From NCBI GenBank assembly GCA_002633005.1, contig NMRA01000540.1:206119-270118 (forward strand): 64,000 nt of DNA, written 5' to 3'. This stretch comes from Phoronis australis. Lineage: Eukaryota; Animalia; Phoronida. The stretch's first letter is position 1. Every line of letters begins with the position of its first letter. Shown here one piece after another: positions 37,897 through 51,540 of the stretch. The translations under genes were made by a program, and so were the position numbers. The notes beneath the pieces were generated by a model, which was given only the letters and a program-made list of their open reading frames with translations, ran no database searches and was not told where the DNA came from.

Positions 37897-39537
37897 GTTT
37901 TCATACATCCTGGTGAGATATGTTTAAAATATTTATTTGAATTTTTGGGTCATTATTTCTAAAGTTAGAGCTGACACTTCTGAGCTAGTGCGATTGATTT
38001 TGCACTACTGCTAGTTTCTGAGACGTAGACGTAAAGCAAATCAACCCAAAAGTGTCACAATCTTCAAGATGACGTTTTTCTTGAATAAGATTACGAAAAT
38101 ATTCGTTTCTTTTAGAATATAGAAGAGGTCCCGCTCACCAAAAGAAGTCACTAAACAGCTACAGTTGGTAGATAACCGTCCCTTGCATTGTTGATTAGGG
38201 TTGGGCTTAGTAGATCGTGAGAGTACATTAGTTTGCACTTGCGGCGAAAAATCTTCCTTGATGACGCGCAAATAGTGAATTCAGTCACTCAATTCAAAAC
38301 TCCAGCGTCGACTTGCAGTATTGGCCGCCATTTTGTTAAGTTCGGTGTGTAAAACCTGTTTACTCGTGTAATTCCGCAAAGTCTTAAGAGATACAGCTTT
38401 TCTCACAAAAAAACTAGGTCTAGTGAACGCTCTCCAGAATTTTCGAAGCTCATAAAAAGAAACTACCCTTCATTCAACTGTGGTTGCCATTTTGTTGGAA
38501 CATCACCAGAAATGGCTAAAAACAAAATGTTCAATTTAGCAGAAGCTGAGGGGAAAATGTCCCAGGTTTTATACATTTTGCTCGTAAGCTTTCGAACAAG
38601 AAGCACAAAAATGCTGGTCTTCATAACTAGTTGTTACAAGCGTGACTAAACCTGTTTAAGGTTTTTAAAACTTTGAATTTTGCTTCAAGATTCCAGAGTT
38701 AGAAGCAAAACAAAGCTTGTGAGATTAAATTCGATGTGTTTTATCACTTAAATCTACATGAATTCCGTGTATTTTAAGTAAAACAATGCCACAGTGTATT
38801 TTGAGAAAAACAATGCCATTTTGAACTAACATTTTCAAATATATTTTTGAAATTGCGTTAGAATTCGTTTTGTTGATTTTCAACTGAAACGGAGCGGTGG
38901 TAGAATCTTTAAGACAACAAAGCTTTCACATGAAAAAATTTCAAGAATGTTATTGAAAAACGTCAACCATACACATCAATAGCATACTGTTTTCATGTTG
39001 ATCTTTTCTGGAGCGAAGCAAATGCCTGCGTAAGAGACATACATGTACATAAAACTGGCCTTATGATTACAGAGGACTAATCTCACAACAGTCCGCAAGT
39101 GTATTTTAATTAAGAGTGTGTTCCGTGAATTACTCAAGTTTCTTATATTTGAAAAGCGAGTGGAAAATACAGTGGGATTCACGTGCAAACTAGTCAGAGA
39201 ATGGCAAAAGGTCAATGACTGGCTAATAACAACAAAATTTTACAGTAAAACGAGATTTTTTTATTTCATACCGTAACAGGATTACAATAATGTCAAGCAT
39301 TAAAACTCGCCTCCCAAGACGTGTCGGTTTGAAATTAATAAATACCAAACGCCTTAAGTTGACTTTTGACAATTTTGCTTCATTATTGCTTTGCAAAATT
39401 CTTGAACCACTTGACTTATTTATACCAGAATTTAACAAGTCATTTGACACGTTTAATAAATTTCAGTATTTATCTTAACAATCAAGAATTTTCCCCCATT
39501 GTAGAGTCAAGTTTCAAGCCGACGTTGGAAAGACGAA

Positions 39538-39784
39538 CTACTTTCCGGGAGAGTACTGCCCGCCGACGTACGCCACGCGCTCGTTCATGAACTTGTCTTC
39601 CCACCCAACACCCTCACTTATGGCATGCGCATTCCATATTCCTGTCACGGGAACTTTTTTCAGCTCGCGGTACTCAGTCTCCTGCAAATCACAGGTGAAC
39701 ACCTTCCAGTGGACACAATGCTCAGGGACAAAGAACTTATGTGTGCACATACGCATGTCCTTGTCGCTGTTGTCGACTGAAACT
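39538..39784 (-). CDS. Uncharacterised secreted 8-Cys protein, paralog B, exon 4 (terminal)
   Basis: ccctttatttttag|A GTT TCA...GGA AAG TAG; (R)VSVDNSDKDMRMCTHKFFVPEHCVHWKVFTCDLQETEYRELKKVPVTGIWNAHAISEGVGWEDKFMNERVAYVGGQYSPGK*. Confidence 0.92.
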
Positions 39785-39849
39785 CTAAAAATAAAGGGGA
39801 GACAATCAAGCCAAGCAAAACTATTAGAGTAATAACTGCAATATAATAT

Positions 39850-40230
39850 TCATGATGCCGATGACAATGTAGATGGTGGTGATTGATAATGATGATGGTG
39901 GTGGTGATGTTAATGATGGTGGCGATGATGATGATGATGATGACTATGAAGATGTTTATGATGTTGAGGATGATCGTGATGGTGAAGACGGTGGTGGTGG
40001 TGGTGGTGATGATGGTGATTATTAATCACAATGGTGATATTGATTACGATGACATGCATGACGATGATGATGATGTTCATGACGATGAGAACAAGAATGG
40101 TTATGATAATGAGGATGTCGATAATGATGTTGATGGTGGTGGTGGTGGTGGTGATGATGACGGTGACGACAATGGCGATGATTGTGGTGACGACGACAGC
40201 GGCGAGTATTAAGTAGATGACAACAATCAT
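39850..40230. repeat. Imperfect (GAT/GGT/GAC)n trinucleotide microsatellite in paralog B intron 3
   Basis: gatgatgat/ggtggtggt runs; source of spurious poly-M/V/D/H ORFs. Confidence 0.95.
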
Positions 40231-40662
40231 GACCGTCTTTTTATAAAATGCATGGCACATGACAGTAAATTGAAATTTTCAAACACGTTTTAGAACCAAT
40301 TACAATAAGAAATGATAACAGGTCAGTACCAAAGCTCGCAGACATCAACCTAAAAAGTCTGCTGTGGTAAAACAGGCCTAGGGACAACCTGGGTGCGCGT
40401 TTTAATAAACGCTTTTACAAAATTGCGCTGTTTAAATTGCGCACTGGAAAGTTCTAAACTTGTCTTCAGGAAGCTGTTTAGTGACCGAGCAAAGGCGAAC
40501 GGCTTCCTCAAGGTGGCGCCCGTTTAATGTTTTACCGCTAGAGAAATAGATGGAGGCACTAGACATGCATGCACATTGAATGGCGCAAAAGACGCTTTCT
40601 TGCAGATATTTTATATACGCGGTTCTAAATACATAGCTTTGCTTTCCCTATATTTGTTTTAC

Positions 40663-41055
40663 CTTTCGCTAACGTTGACGCATATGGGTGCGGCGATTTT
40701 GTTGCTGACTGTGATGTTGCTGAAAATCCGAGCGGATATCGTCTGATCACCCACATGCTCAGTCAGCTTACTTCTACCGAAGAAGTAGGTCTCGTCAGCG
40801 GGATACGTTGAACTGCAACCGAAGACGACAGGGCTGGGCACAATATTGTTCTCGTACTCGTCTTCAATAACAATGTATTCGTTACCGTCCATCTCCATAG
40901 TAACCTTGACGTGTATCTGAACTTTGTCCTCAAACGTCTGGCAGATGCAGGCGTAGGGCACTTCCAGTCGCATAAACACGCGTTGTTCGCGATCACTTGT
41001 GGACAAACTGACCATGTGACTTTTTACCTCGCTGTTACCTACGTTGTCGTAGAAC
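40663..41055 (-). CDS. Paralog B exon 3 (393 nt, phase 2-2)
   Basis: gttttacag|G TTC TAC GAC AAC...GAA AG|gtaaaa; FYDNVGNSEVKSHMVSL...RLEVPYACICQ...FGCSSTYPA...SNITVSNKIAAPICVNVSE. Confidence 0.93.
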
Positions 41056-41686
41056 CTGTAAAACATACTACAATTTCAAAGATCGAAAGTAGAACACTTG
41101 TCTTTCATTTATCTACAGAGGCATCACCGTCGTCTCGTCGCAACGGTTAGTAAGCCTACTACTCAAAGCGCACTCTTAACTAGGACCTTAATTGAAGTGG
41201 CCTCACATCCGCCTTCTTTGACAAAAATAGAGTTAAAATTTAATTTCAAATTATTCTACAGTCAAGTTAGAGGTGATTTCAAGTCTTCAAAAGAGTTGAG
41301 ACCAGGACCTGCTATAATTAAGTGGCTTGTCGATGTCGGAAACTGCTGTGGTGTGGACTTGATGATTAATTAGTAAAAAATATTTTCAATATGGCAGAAA
41401 AATGTACGGACGTAAGTAAGGGGTCGAGAAATTGCAGCTTCTGTCCCAAGTGGAAGGGAAAGGTTCAGGCCAAAATAGTGCCATGTAGAGATAGCATTTT
41501 GTGGTCGCTGTTTTAATGCAAGTTGTCTCTGAGTCGGATTTATTATTTGCGGAGAAGAATGAAACGTAAAACGCCAAGACTGTTTATAAGCTGTAACAGT
41601 TTTAAAGGATAATGACCACATCTTTATTCGACAGATTATTTACTGGTACTGGTCCCTGCGTCCACAATGACTTAAAGTATTCTTAC

Positions 41687-41898
41687 TCGGAGACAAATCT
41701 CAGCTTCTTTTCGTCGACTTGGTTTGGCTCCTCTTTGTATTTCAAGCGCATTACCAAGTTGTAAACGTATGTGTAGCAGACTCCGACGCTGAAACCCTGG
41801 TAGTAACGGGCATCATGGTCCCAGCCGGTACCGACATCTTTCACAAATTCGACATCTTGTACATCTTTCACGGTCAGTTCCGGGTCGTTACCACGAAC
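41687..41898 (-). CDS. Paralog B exon 2 (212 nt, phase 0-2)
   Basis: ttttattgggcag|GTT CGT GGT...TCC GA|gtaag; VRGNDPELTVKDVQDVEFVKDVGTGWDHDARYYQGFSVGVCYTYVYNLVMRLKYKEEPNQVDEKKLRFVS(E). Confidence 0.92.
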
Positions 41899-42167
41899 CT
41901 GCCCAATAAAATAGTCTTATAGAAGTCGGAAGTGGTTCTTTAAATAACTTTTAATTGTTGCCTGTGAACATGTTCGTTTGAAATTACTGAGCCTCAGATC
42001 TCTTTGGCTGATAGTGGTTTCGGAAAGAAATAGAGGAAAAAAATGAAAACGGCAACAAAAAATACTCATTGCAACAATTGGAACGCATTGATAGATTTTA
42101 AGCAACGATTATTGAAAGGACACAAAACCTTAAAACAGTTAAGAATATTGAAATGGTCGAAACTTAC

Positions 42168-42206
42168 CAAAACAACGAAAACGGCCAACAGTAAGGTGGC
42201 AAACAT
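42168..42206 (-). CDS. Paralog B exon 1 (signal peptide MFATLLLAVFVVL)
   Basis: ATG TTT GCC...GTT TTG|gtaagt; 39 nt; likely cleavage after VRG. Confidence 0.88.
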
Positions 42207-44504
42207 TGTCACGTCGAAGGCTTGATCGAACAGTTAGGTGCGGTTCTGAAACACACGAGTTCCGTTGCAAGTTAAGTACCTTGGCAATCGCTCTCCTGGA
42301 ATAATCTTATTGGACAGTACCGTACATGCAAATGAGCGCAGCAATAGCTGCCCGTGATTGGTTTAAAAGTTTCGTTGCCAGTGCAACCATTTTACACGCA
42401 CTGAACACCTTCTCTCAAGGAGCGCATACTGGAATCTAAAGTTGTAAATTACGGTACGTTCAAGTTTATTCAGAAAACAAGAAAATCTGCGTGAGTTTAT
42501 CGCTATTTACGGTGAAGAAGCATCAAAGATTTTACTTGTGAATACGGGTATCCGTGTAAATCAATGTTTTTGTAGGTTGTTGTACTGCCGCTCACGCACA
42601 ATGCAGTGCTGTTTACACAATGAACTCAGACCAAATTTGTGCTGAAACTCTTAAAAAGTCACATAGTTAACTAAAAATTCGTCTCCTGTCAAGAAAGCAA
42701 ATTCCCACAGTGCTGTTCAATTATATTTTAGTGGTTTAAATTCACGACGGCAACTTCACTGCAAGCTTTGTAAGCGTTAAATATGAATTGTCATGTAAAT
42801 ACCATATGGAGAGTTCTTCTGAATTATTGAAATTTGACACGAAGGAGTCTACGTTACAAGTGTAATTCGTGTAGTTTTTTTACCTATAACGAGGCGTATA
42901 GATCATGGAGGAATGGTGAATCAAACTTCGGCCATTAAGTTAGGGTAAAAAATAAATCATGTTAACACCGGTACATGTAAAATACGACAAAACGGTCCCA
43001 CACATTTAAGGATCGTCTCATTAACTGAAGGCGCGTCATAACCATGACAGGGCAGATGGCGTTACGAAAAGTCGGTTTTCTTGAACGTGAATTTGTTTCT
43101 CTTGTATTGAATATTACCGACGACTTTGTGAAAAGTCATGAATAGTGCCGGGTACATATGTTAGATTTAAGAATAGTTCTTAAATACCAAAAGAAATGCG
43201 TTTTTTCATGCTTGTGTAGGGGATAATTTGAGTGCGAAATATCATATGTCATCATTAATCAACATTTAATTAAAGTACGTCAAGTTACCAGTATCATGTT
43301 ATCTGATACTGGTTCATTCAGGTGCTATTTGTTACGTCAAAATCACGTGCTATGCTTCGAGAAGCAGACTGACCTAAACAGTGAAGGACATTCCTCTTTT
43401 CAGGAAGTTTATTTTTCTCCAACCCTCTAGCATATTTGAATATATCCAATGCTCAGTTCTTAAAGGTTGGTTTACTGGCTAATTTACTGGCAAAGACACG
43501 GCCTTGATTTCAGCCAATTGTCTGAGAACGGCGAGAAATGGCGATTAATCACAAAAACACAACACAACATGCCGAATGATGTCGTTTAATTTCGCGAGTT
43601 ATTGTTTAACTTGTGAGATCCATGCGATGGGCGTAAGCACGTCGCATGGTTATCGCCTATGGGACGCTATCAATGTTTTCCTTTATTGCGTCTTCGTTGG
43701 ATACAACAATACAGGTCGCACGGATATCGTACCCGTCAGTCGGTTACCGATAAATTCTTATCATTATCTTTATTAAAAGAAAGAAAAACAAATTGAACAA
43801 AAGATACGCCTATGTACCGATATCTATGCGAGGAACTTGCGCCCTAGTTTCCCCTGGTGTATCCCATCCAACAAAACATGCGATTTAACTCGTAAAACTG
43901 ATCAACGAACGTTTGTCTGGAAATTTAAACATCATTTATTGATTAATTATTCCGGATATTAAAATGTCTATGACAATGAATATTTTTGTCAGTGTTACCA
44001 ACGGATCAATGCAAAGGATATATAAGTGAAACCTCTCCAACATCACAAAAAATATCACTTAGTACATGAGCAGATTCTCAAGTTTTATATTTCTCATTTC
44101 AAAGCAAAATCTTGTATACATGTAACTACACGTGCCCCTGAATATATGCAGGCGTCAAAGTAAAACCGTGGCGTAGGCGATGGGCTGGGTCAGTCGAGAG
44201 AAGAAAGACTGCGAAACATTTTGAGAACAATAGTCAATTACCAGTGCTTGGTTTACCCTTCTGGGGTCTTGACCGGGACATTTTTATTAGAGGCCCCCGT
44301 TTTTGCAGTATGGATGGTCCAAACGCACTTGAAGACGTGCTCTTATCCTTTAATACATGTAATTCGAAAAACTGTATAAATTGCATAATTTTTTGCTGAT
44401 TGCCTGCTTGCTAAATTATGTACTTTTCATATGTAGGGACCTTGAAGAGAGTAATTTGATAGCACTTTGTGGGTCACCTTTTCTTGTTTGTTATGCTTTC
44501 TTCT

Positions 44505-44577
44505 GATCACAGATAGGGTGTTCGTCTGATCACAGATAGGGTGTTCACAGATAGGGTGATCACAGATAGGGTGTTCA
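44505..44577. repeat. Short tandem repeat tcacagatagggtg(a/t)
   Basis: Four copies of cacagatagggtg. Confidence 0.85.
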
Positions 44578-47500
44578 GTGATGGAATCAAGTGTTTCTCT
44601 TTCCACTTTGTTGTGAAACTGTAAAACCTTTTGTTCTTAAGAAGGTTACTTTGTGGAGGGTCAACCGAGGATGGAATTAACTACCATTCTTTTCCAATAT
44701 GGTAATAACGTAACCTTTCATTAAGACGGTTCTCCTTTCAGGTGGCGGAGTCCTCTCTTCGAGGGACAGCGCGGAGAAATTGCTGCGTTCCGTAGATCCA
44801 AGAACCTCATCAAAACTCAAGATCACGAAAGACTTCGCCGTCTGTTAGAAAGGAATCACATGATCGATAGCTTTCTTAACGAGATTCTCCAGTCGACGGA
44901 GCTCAACCCAGCAGTATCAGCTAGTCAGGAAAGGAAGTAGATAAGATTTCAAATGCATCGAAAAAATAATAAAAACATGTTCTTGAAAAGCATATTAAAA
45001 TTATCAAGACATGAGACCCAAGCAACCAAGAATTGGGAATTCCATTGGAAAAATATAGACCGATACCGAAAGATTTCATTGCGGTGAAATATCGATACAT
45101 TTTCCAAAGAATTTCAATAAGTGCAATTTCGTTTGAAGATTGTTAATGAAGACAAATTACGCACATGCCATCTTTAATGATACAGAGAAACACTTGTGAA
45201 AAATATCCCGAAATATGCTACGTTTCGAAATTCGTGGCACACAAGTTGTCTTAGGCAATCAATTTGTTTTGTAGGGTTTATGCGGGCGCATGCTCTGTTT
45301 GGCATAAGGTCATGAGTGCGAAATGTAGGAGCTTTTGGGTATTAATTCATACTATCAGCTTGAAAGGTAATGATATACCGTACGAAGTTAATGAGTTCAA
45401 TACAGGTGAGTCTATTCACATCTGACATTAATTTTATTAGGCAAAAAATTTACACTACAATTTAAAGTTAAATTGACAACTTTAAAGTTGTTATTTGGTC
45501 GTTTTCTTGTACTTGTAGTCCGCTTAGAACATTTACCTACATGTACATTCTCTATGGCTTCACGTGACCCATTTTCCGATATGGCGGTAACATGATGAAT
45601 CAATCTCATTTAGAAGCCGAAGTGAGCTTTTCAGAACTTGAAAAATCTTAAACATTTTAACTGGAATTGTCATGTTGCTGTTAATTGACTAGAAAGTGCT
45701 TATTTAAGAATTCCACGTGTAACACTTGTGATTTCGCAACTGTTGCTTGAGATCAATCTTCCCGAAATTTTGCGAATTACAGTGTGCGCGATTTCCTCAG
45801 GTGACATCTCCTAGGTTCGTAAATGCGAAGATAATGTGCTTTTCTGATGCGGCCTTTGAATTACCCGTAACCCTTCAGGTACTCGCGTAGCCTCAAGTTC
45901 CATTCTGAACAGGTGGTATATTCTATAGCCTCCAAAGTTTCTCTCGGAGGTTAAGACGCATATAAGAAGCTCAGTCATACGACGAGTCATGTGTCTTTCA
46001 AAGTGGAGAATGTCGGATTCGCCATATAAGTTAAGCTTGCACATGCGCAGACAAAATTCACTTCTGACAGCCTGGTCCCAAGCCTCAAGATGACGCTGAT
46101 CGGTTTAGCCATTTGAGGTTGATGAGCCGAAATTTTCTTGTCTGCCATATTTTACGGAAACCACCGGAATATCACGATTGATATTAAGTTAAATTATCTC
46201 TGAAATTTGATGTAGTATAACCCAAAACATCAAAAAGCGCCACTTATGCAGTAATTCAAGTTAAGATCATTGAAAGATTAAATATTTGAATTCAAAAGCA
46301 GGATAATTTTTATGGTGCATTCAATAAATCACGAAAACAGTATCGTCTGCTTCCGAATCACGAATAGTAGCAACAACAACGGATGAGAACACAGTTAAAA
46401 TCAGAGTTAGGATTTTGCTTAGTTACTGGAAAAATAATGAAATTGATCACATCAAAGAAGTCAGGATAAGAATCTTCAAGAACTGATATTTAAGTAATAA
46501 GAGATTCCATTGTTTGAAGGTTTATTGTGTCGTACGAGCAATTAGTGCACAGAAGGGATATCTCCCTCAAATAGCTAAACCAATCAGCGAAATCTTGAGG
46601 CTTGGGGACGAGGCTGGATTTTGGGAGCAATTTTGACGCTATGAAAATACTCGAGTTGTTCTGAATGGAGATAGAGGCTACAAGAATACCCGATATATTC
46701 ATGAAACCCCATAAAAATACCCAATCACTGGATCGCTCCGCATGCATATTAACACCATTGTTAAAGAAGAGTTTTGCCAATCTGACTCATCATGTTTTCT
46801 TGCTACAAAGGTACTTTAAAATTTTACTCGATTTCTATGATAATGAAATCCATAAAATCAACAATTCCTTGGTCCGCAAATGTGTGACGCATGAAGCAAA
46901 TTTTCACGATGCCAAGCGGTCCGAATAATCTGATTTCTCTCGCTTTGCCGTGCGGCTCAGTTTTGAGAAGCAGTTCGATTTTCATCGCTGCCCTGTTTTG
47001 CATCAGTTTGCCTTTAACTTGAACCATGACGCAATAAACAGGTTATGGAACTTGTAGGTACATGTACAACAAGAATTCAGCTTATCACCAGGACAATATT
47101 TGCATCAATGTGCCATTTGTTCGACGGAAGCGTCACACCTATGATTTAGTTTTTATGAATAAGTTTTTGCAATTTAAAAATATTGCTGATAGATTTGATA
47201 CCATAATTTTATCAGATTTGTTGTATCCACAAGTATTCTGTCATTCATAGCGTGGGATTTAGCTATGTAAGCGGAGGGTTGGATAACGAGAGAAGATCTG
47301 CTAGGTGGCGTTGTAACTGGTGAAAGTTGTGTTGCTGAGAGGACTCCAGTTTTCAGTCATAACTGCCTTACTAAGATAAGTTAAGTCTTGAGAATTGGTC
47401 AACATGATTCATTTAGTACTGGGATTGTCTCTGATTTGTTTTTTGAACTGAACTGTTGTTGAAGTGTTTTGGAAGTCAGAGTGAATGTGAAATCTCTGAA

Positions 47501-47639
47501 CAATCAGGACTGTAAGCTACTGTGTGACCTAGTTAGCAAGAGGAAAACTTAGTGTAGGTCACATTACCTCCATGTTTGGCTGAGGTGTCATAAGCTATTT
47601 ATTCTTTGGTGAACAGGAAATTCTCATTCTGTGTTGTTT

Positions 47640-50600
47640 GAACTACCTACTCCACTGCAATGGTTCCAAATCAGCTTGATGAGCGGTTGAACAACTTAGA
47701 GAAAAAAATTAACTAAATCCATCAAGTTGGTCATCTGGAAAGAAATTGTCAACCTAAAGAAGGAACTTCTGAAGTTAAAAAAGAAAAAGGAAATTAAAAA
47801 CAGTTAATGGCATGGAACAGTAATCCAGAAGAGATAGTCTGAGGATTTTTGGTTTGAAAAAAGATATAAACGAGGACTGCACACAATCAGTTATTAACTT
47901 TTGAAGATCAAAGTTAGAGCAGCGGAAATAGATCGGGTACACCAGATTGGAAAGTTGAACTCTGGAAGTGTGACAAGGCATTCTGCATTTACAGCAATCA
48001 ACTAACACCAATGATTGTTAAGTTCGTGTCATACCAGTCTACGAGCAAAGTATTTAAGTTGTTGAAGGGATCCGCTTGTTTCCTTCTTGAAGATATATTA
48101 CCCTGCTCATAAGTGCATATAAAGATCCAAGAGTATCTCGCAGTTGGTCGAGTGATGGGCGCATTTTTTTCACATGTCTTATGGAATCATCAAACCCATT
48201 AAAACTATGAGCGACGTATAGTGTATCTTGTGTTCAGGCCAGTGGGCAGTTAGTTATGACGCGGGGACTACCAAGAAGTCAAGTTTTTGTGACTCTCAAT
48301 GACTTATGTTTTGTGTATTTTTCATTTGTGTGCATGGGTGGGTGATTGCTATGTTTATTTTATTATTTCCTTGAACCATCGTGTTTCCTTTACTACTCAT
48401 AGTTCTATTTCTTTGTTGTGCATAAGTAGGGGCTCCCGGTTAGATGTCAAGTGATAGTTTAAACCGGATAACTTTGAACTGCAGGGGGGGGGGGGGGGGG
48501 NTAACGACGTGAAATGTCTACAGCTGTTAGTCTATCTATGGCAACATAAGGTGGGTTTAGGGTTCTTACAAGAAATATTTAGTTGCAGTAAGTCCATTGA
48601 TAGTGTGTGTCAACAGTGTCGAGGTGAAATACATGTATATACAGTGCACGACTCGGAGCACAGTAAGTGACTAGCTATTCTTTGCAAGAAAAATTTACAT
48701 TTAAAAGTCAACATTTTTTGGTGGTTATGATGTGCGATGTACAAGTATTGGAATCGAGGCTGAGGCTGATGGCGCTCCTTATAATTTTGATTTTTTATTT
48801 CTCAAACACCAGTAGTGCCCAATTGTCCTTTTTGGAAAACATTTTTGTCGTTCTTGACAGATATATTAACAACGACCATATCATTTGTGCAGGTGACTTC
48901 GATTGCCCCTTAGCAAATATTGATAAACAAAGAAAGATAGATGTCAGTGACAAATATATGGTTACAGCAAAAATTAAGGATTTTGTTCCAAACTATAGTC
49001 CTTTTGAATGGAGAAGTCTGAATCTTTTTGACAATGAAGAATATTTCCACTGTCTCAAAAAGTGATGCATGACTGTAATAGCGCACATATCAGTATGGAA
49101 AACAAACATTTAAAATGTGAAAAAATAAAAATGAAAATTAGAGAATTTACTATAGGATATTCAAACAGAAAATCATAAATGGACAAAGCTTTAGAGACTA
49201 GCTTAATCAATCAAATTAATATCCTGACTGGTGAATTATATACGATAAGGTCGATAAAAATCTGTTTAGTACTTAAGTTAAGTCAAAGCTATAAAACTGC
49301 TGCAGGCTCCTACAATACAGGGTCAGATAATACGCAGAAAGGTTGTTGAAAATAAAAGCGACAAAATCATATTACTCCAGACCTAAAGATCTGTTCGACC
49401 TTCCCAATACATTAGAGCCATGCGATACAGAATTTATTTAACAAACCAGTCTGACAAAGAATTTTTTGAAATATTAAATAACTCTAAGAATAATAAGTCT
49501 CCAAGAAATGATGGACACAGTTACTTGGTGCACAAGTGCTTCTGGCAAGAAGTCAGAGGGCCTTTAGTGGAAGCTTTTGAGTATAGTTTTAAAGTTGGTG
49601 ACCTACATGTATAACCATCACGAAAAGATGGGGTGATTATCCTCCACCCCAAATTCAAAGATGAGATTGAGCTGTTGTCCTTAAATAATTGGCTACCTTA
49701 TCGTTTTTAAATGTTGACTACAAATTATAAACGAAAGTCCTTACACTTCGATTAAATAGTGTTGCTAATAAGTTAATCCATGAAAGGCAAACATGAATAA
49801 AAAGTAGATATATTGGATTTAACATACGCACTATACAAGACATAATTTCCTGCACTAATAGTCGCAACTGTCAAGGCAGTCCTTTTCTTAGATTTCTGTA
49901 AAGCGTTCGATGCACTTTTATGGGAATTTCTTTCAAAAACTTTGAACGATTTTAAAGTTGGCACTGTCTTCAGAAAATGAATCTAAATAATTTATAAGAG
50001 CTCGATGGCTTGCGTAATCAACAACGGTTTTACTACAAGAAATTTTCCACTCCAACGGGGAGTGCAACACGATGACTCGATCTCTGGCCCCTTGTTTCGC
50101 TTAGCAGTTGAGGTTATGGCAAATTATATCAGATCAGGTGGTGCCATTTCAGGAATTAAAACTGATGATACTCAAATAAAGCTTGTCTAGTATGCGGATG
50201 ACACAGCAATATTCTTTATCAATAAAGTTTCAGGATTTAACTGTCTTCAATTTTTATTAAAATTTTAGCCGGGTGTCTGGTTTGAAATTAAATTTTGAAA
50301 ATGTGAAGTTCGATATCTCGGAAGAGGAAAAGCTTGTTCCTAGCCATTTCACGGATTTAAATGTACTGGCAGGCCACTCAAGTGTTTAGGGATATTTTGG
50401 CCACAGTAAAATGGAAAACCACGAATTGAATTACATGTATGATTTCAAAGTTAAAAGTTTTAAGAAAACTTGTGGAAAAGCCTCAACACTAGTTAATAGA
50501 CGTTGTAGAAAGATTTGCCTGATCTGAAATTATCTATGCCATCAATAGTACGGCGGGTATTGATACTGTTCTTAGAGAACAGATCAATTCTTTGATATCC

Positions 50601-51540
50601 AATTTTGTTTGGCAAAATAAAACTCCTAAAGTGAGGAGAAGTGTGCCAGTAAATACCCGTGCAGATGGCGGCTTGGCAGTACCAGATGCGTGCATAAATG
50701 TAACCTGTAACTCATTGTTAGTGAAATGGGTTCAGCGTTATGTAGAAGGAGAGAATAAATACTGGAAAGCCTTTTCAATTTTCCTTTTAGGAGGTATGGG
50801 TGTTCTTTGCTTTTTAAATCATTTTTTCTGCCAAGTTGTTGCCTTTGGATGATACCACCAACTTTTATTGTGAATGCCTGAGAAAATGTTAGCGTAGTCT
50901 TACGCAGCGAGATCGATATTATTAGTCAGATTGTAGGAAACAATAAAAATATATTGATTACAAATCTGTGTTTTTCACTGGGATCCACAAGGCTGGCATT
51001 CTTTATGTAAAAGATATATAAGATATTCGAAACAAGATTTTGTATTGGGAAGTTATGATACAAAGATACAAATTATCGAATTGGTTAGAATAATATGCTT
51101 TGAAGAAGGCACTTAAGTTACCTAATGAATGAGCTCTTCCCAGACAAATTCAGTGGCCGACTTCCTTTTCAGCCAGATTAGCACACAATCGACTAAAACT
51201 TACTTTTACACACAATAAGCTTACAACGTGATGTAGAACACAGATTAAGTGATATTTATTCAGACCAATTGAAAAGATTTACGCGCTGCCTTTCAGACTC
51301 GTACTTCTTCCCAAAGTTAAAACTTTTAAATATTATTATGTTCATAGAAAAGTTTACACAAGTATCTCTTAAAAAACATGAAGAATGTAAGAGATGATAG
51401 TTGTTTGACTTGTAATGCTGCTGAAACTTTTGTTCATTTGTTTTGAGATTGTTCACTTGTGTAGGCGCTGTGGTTTAAAGTTCAAACTCTGTTAAGTAAT
51501 ATAACTAAACAAAACAAAACAAAACAAAACAAAACATAGA
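47640..51540 (+). mobile_element. Near full-length but heavily decayed L1/Tx1-clade LINE (ORF1 and ORF2 remnants)
   Basis: ORF1: EQ*SRRDSLRIFGL, IDRVHQIGK, PMIVKFVSY, WSSDGRIF (47810-48170). ORF2: endonuclease IICAGDFDCPL; RT NKSPRNDG, LNVDYK, FLDFCKAFD, RGVQHDDSISGPLF, *YADD; SNFVWQNKTPKV..DGGLAVPD; ETFVHLF*DC; (AAAAC)n near 51506-51535. Confidence 0.9.

Noticed and set aside
39883-40260. Poly-His / poly-Asp / Met-Val ORFs resembling metal-binding or biomineral proteins
   Set aside because: Translations of an intronic GAT/GGT microsatellite inside paralog B; the same applies to 57055-57288.
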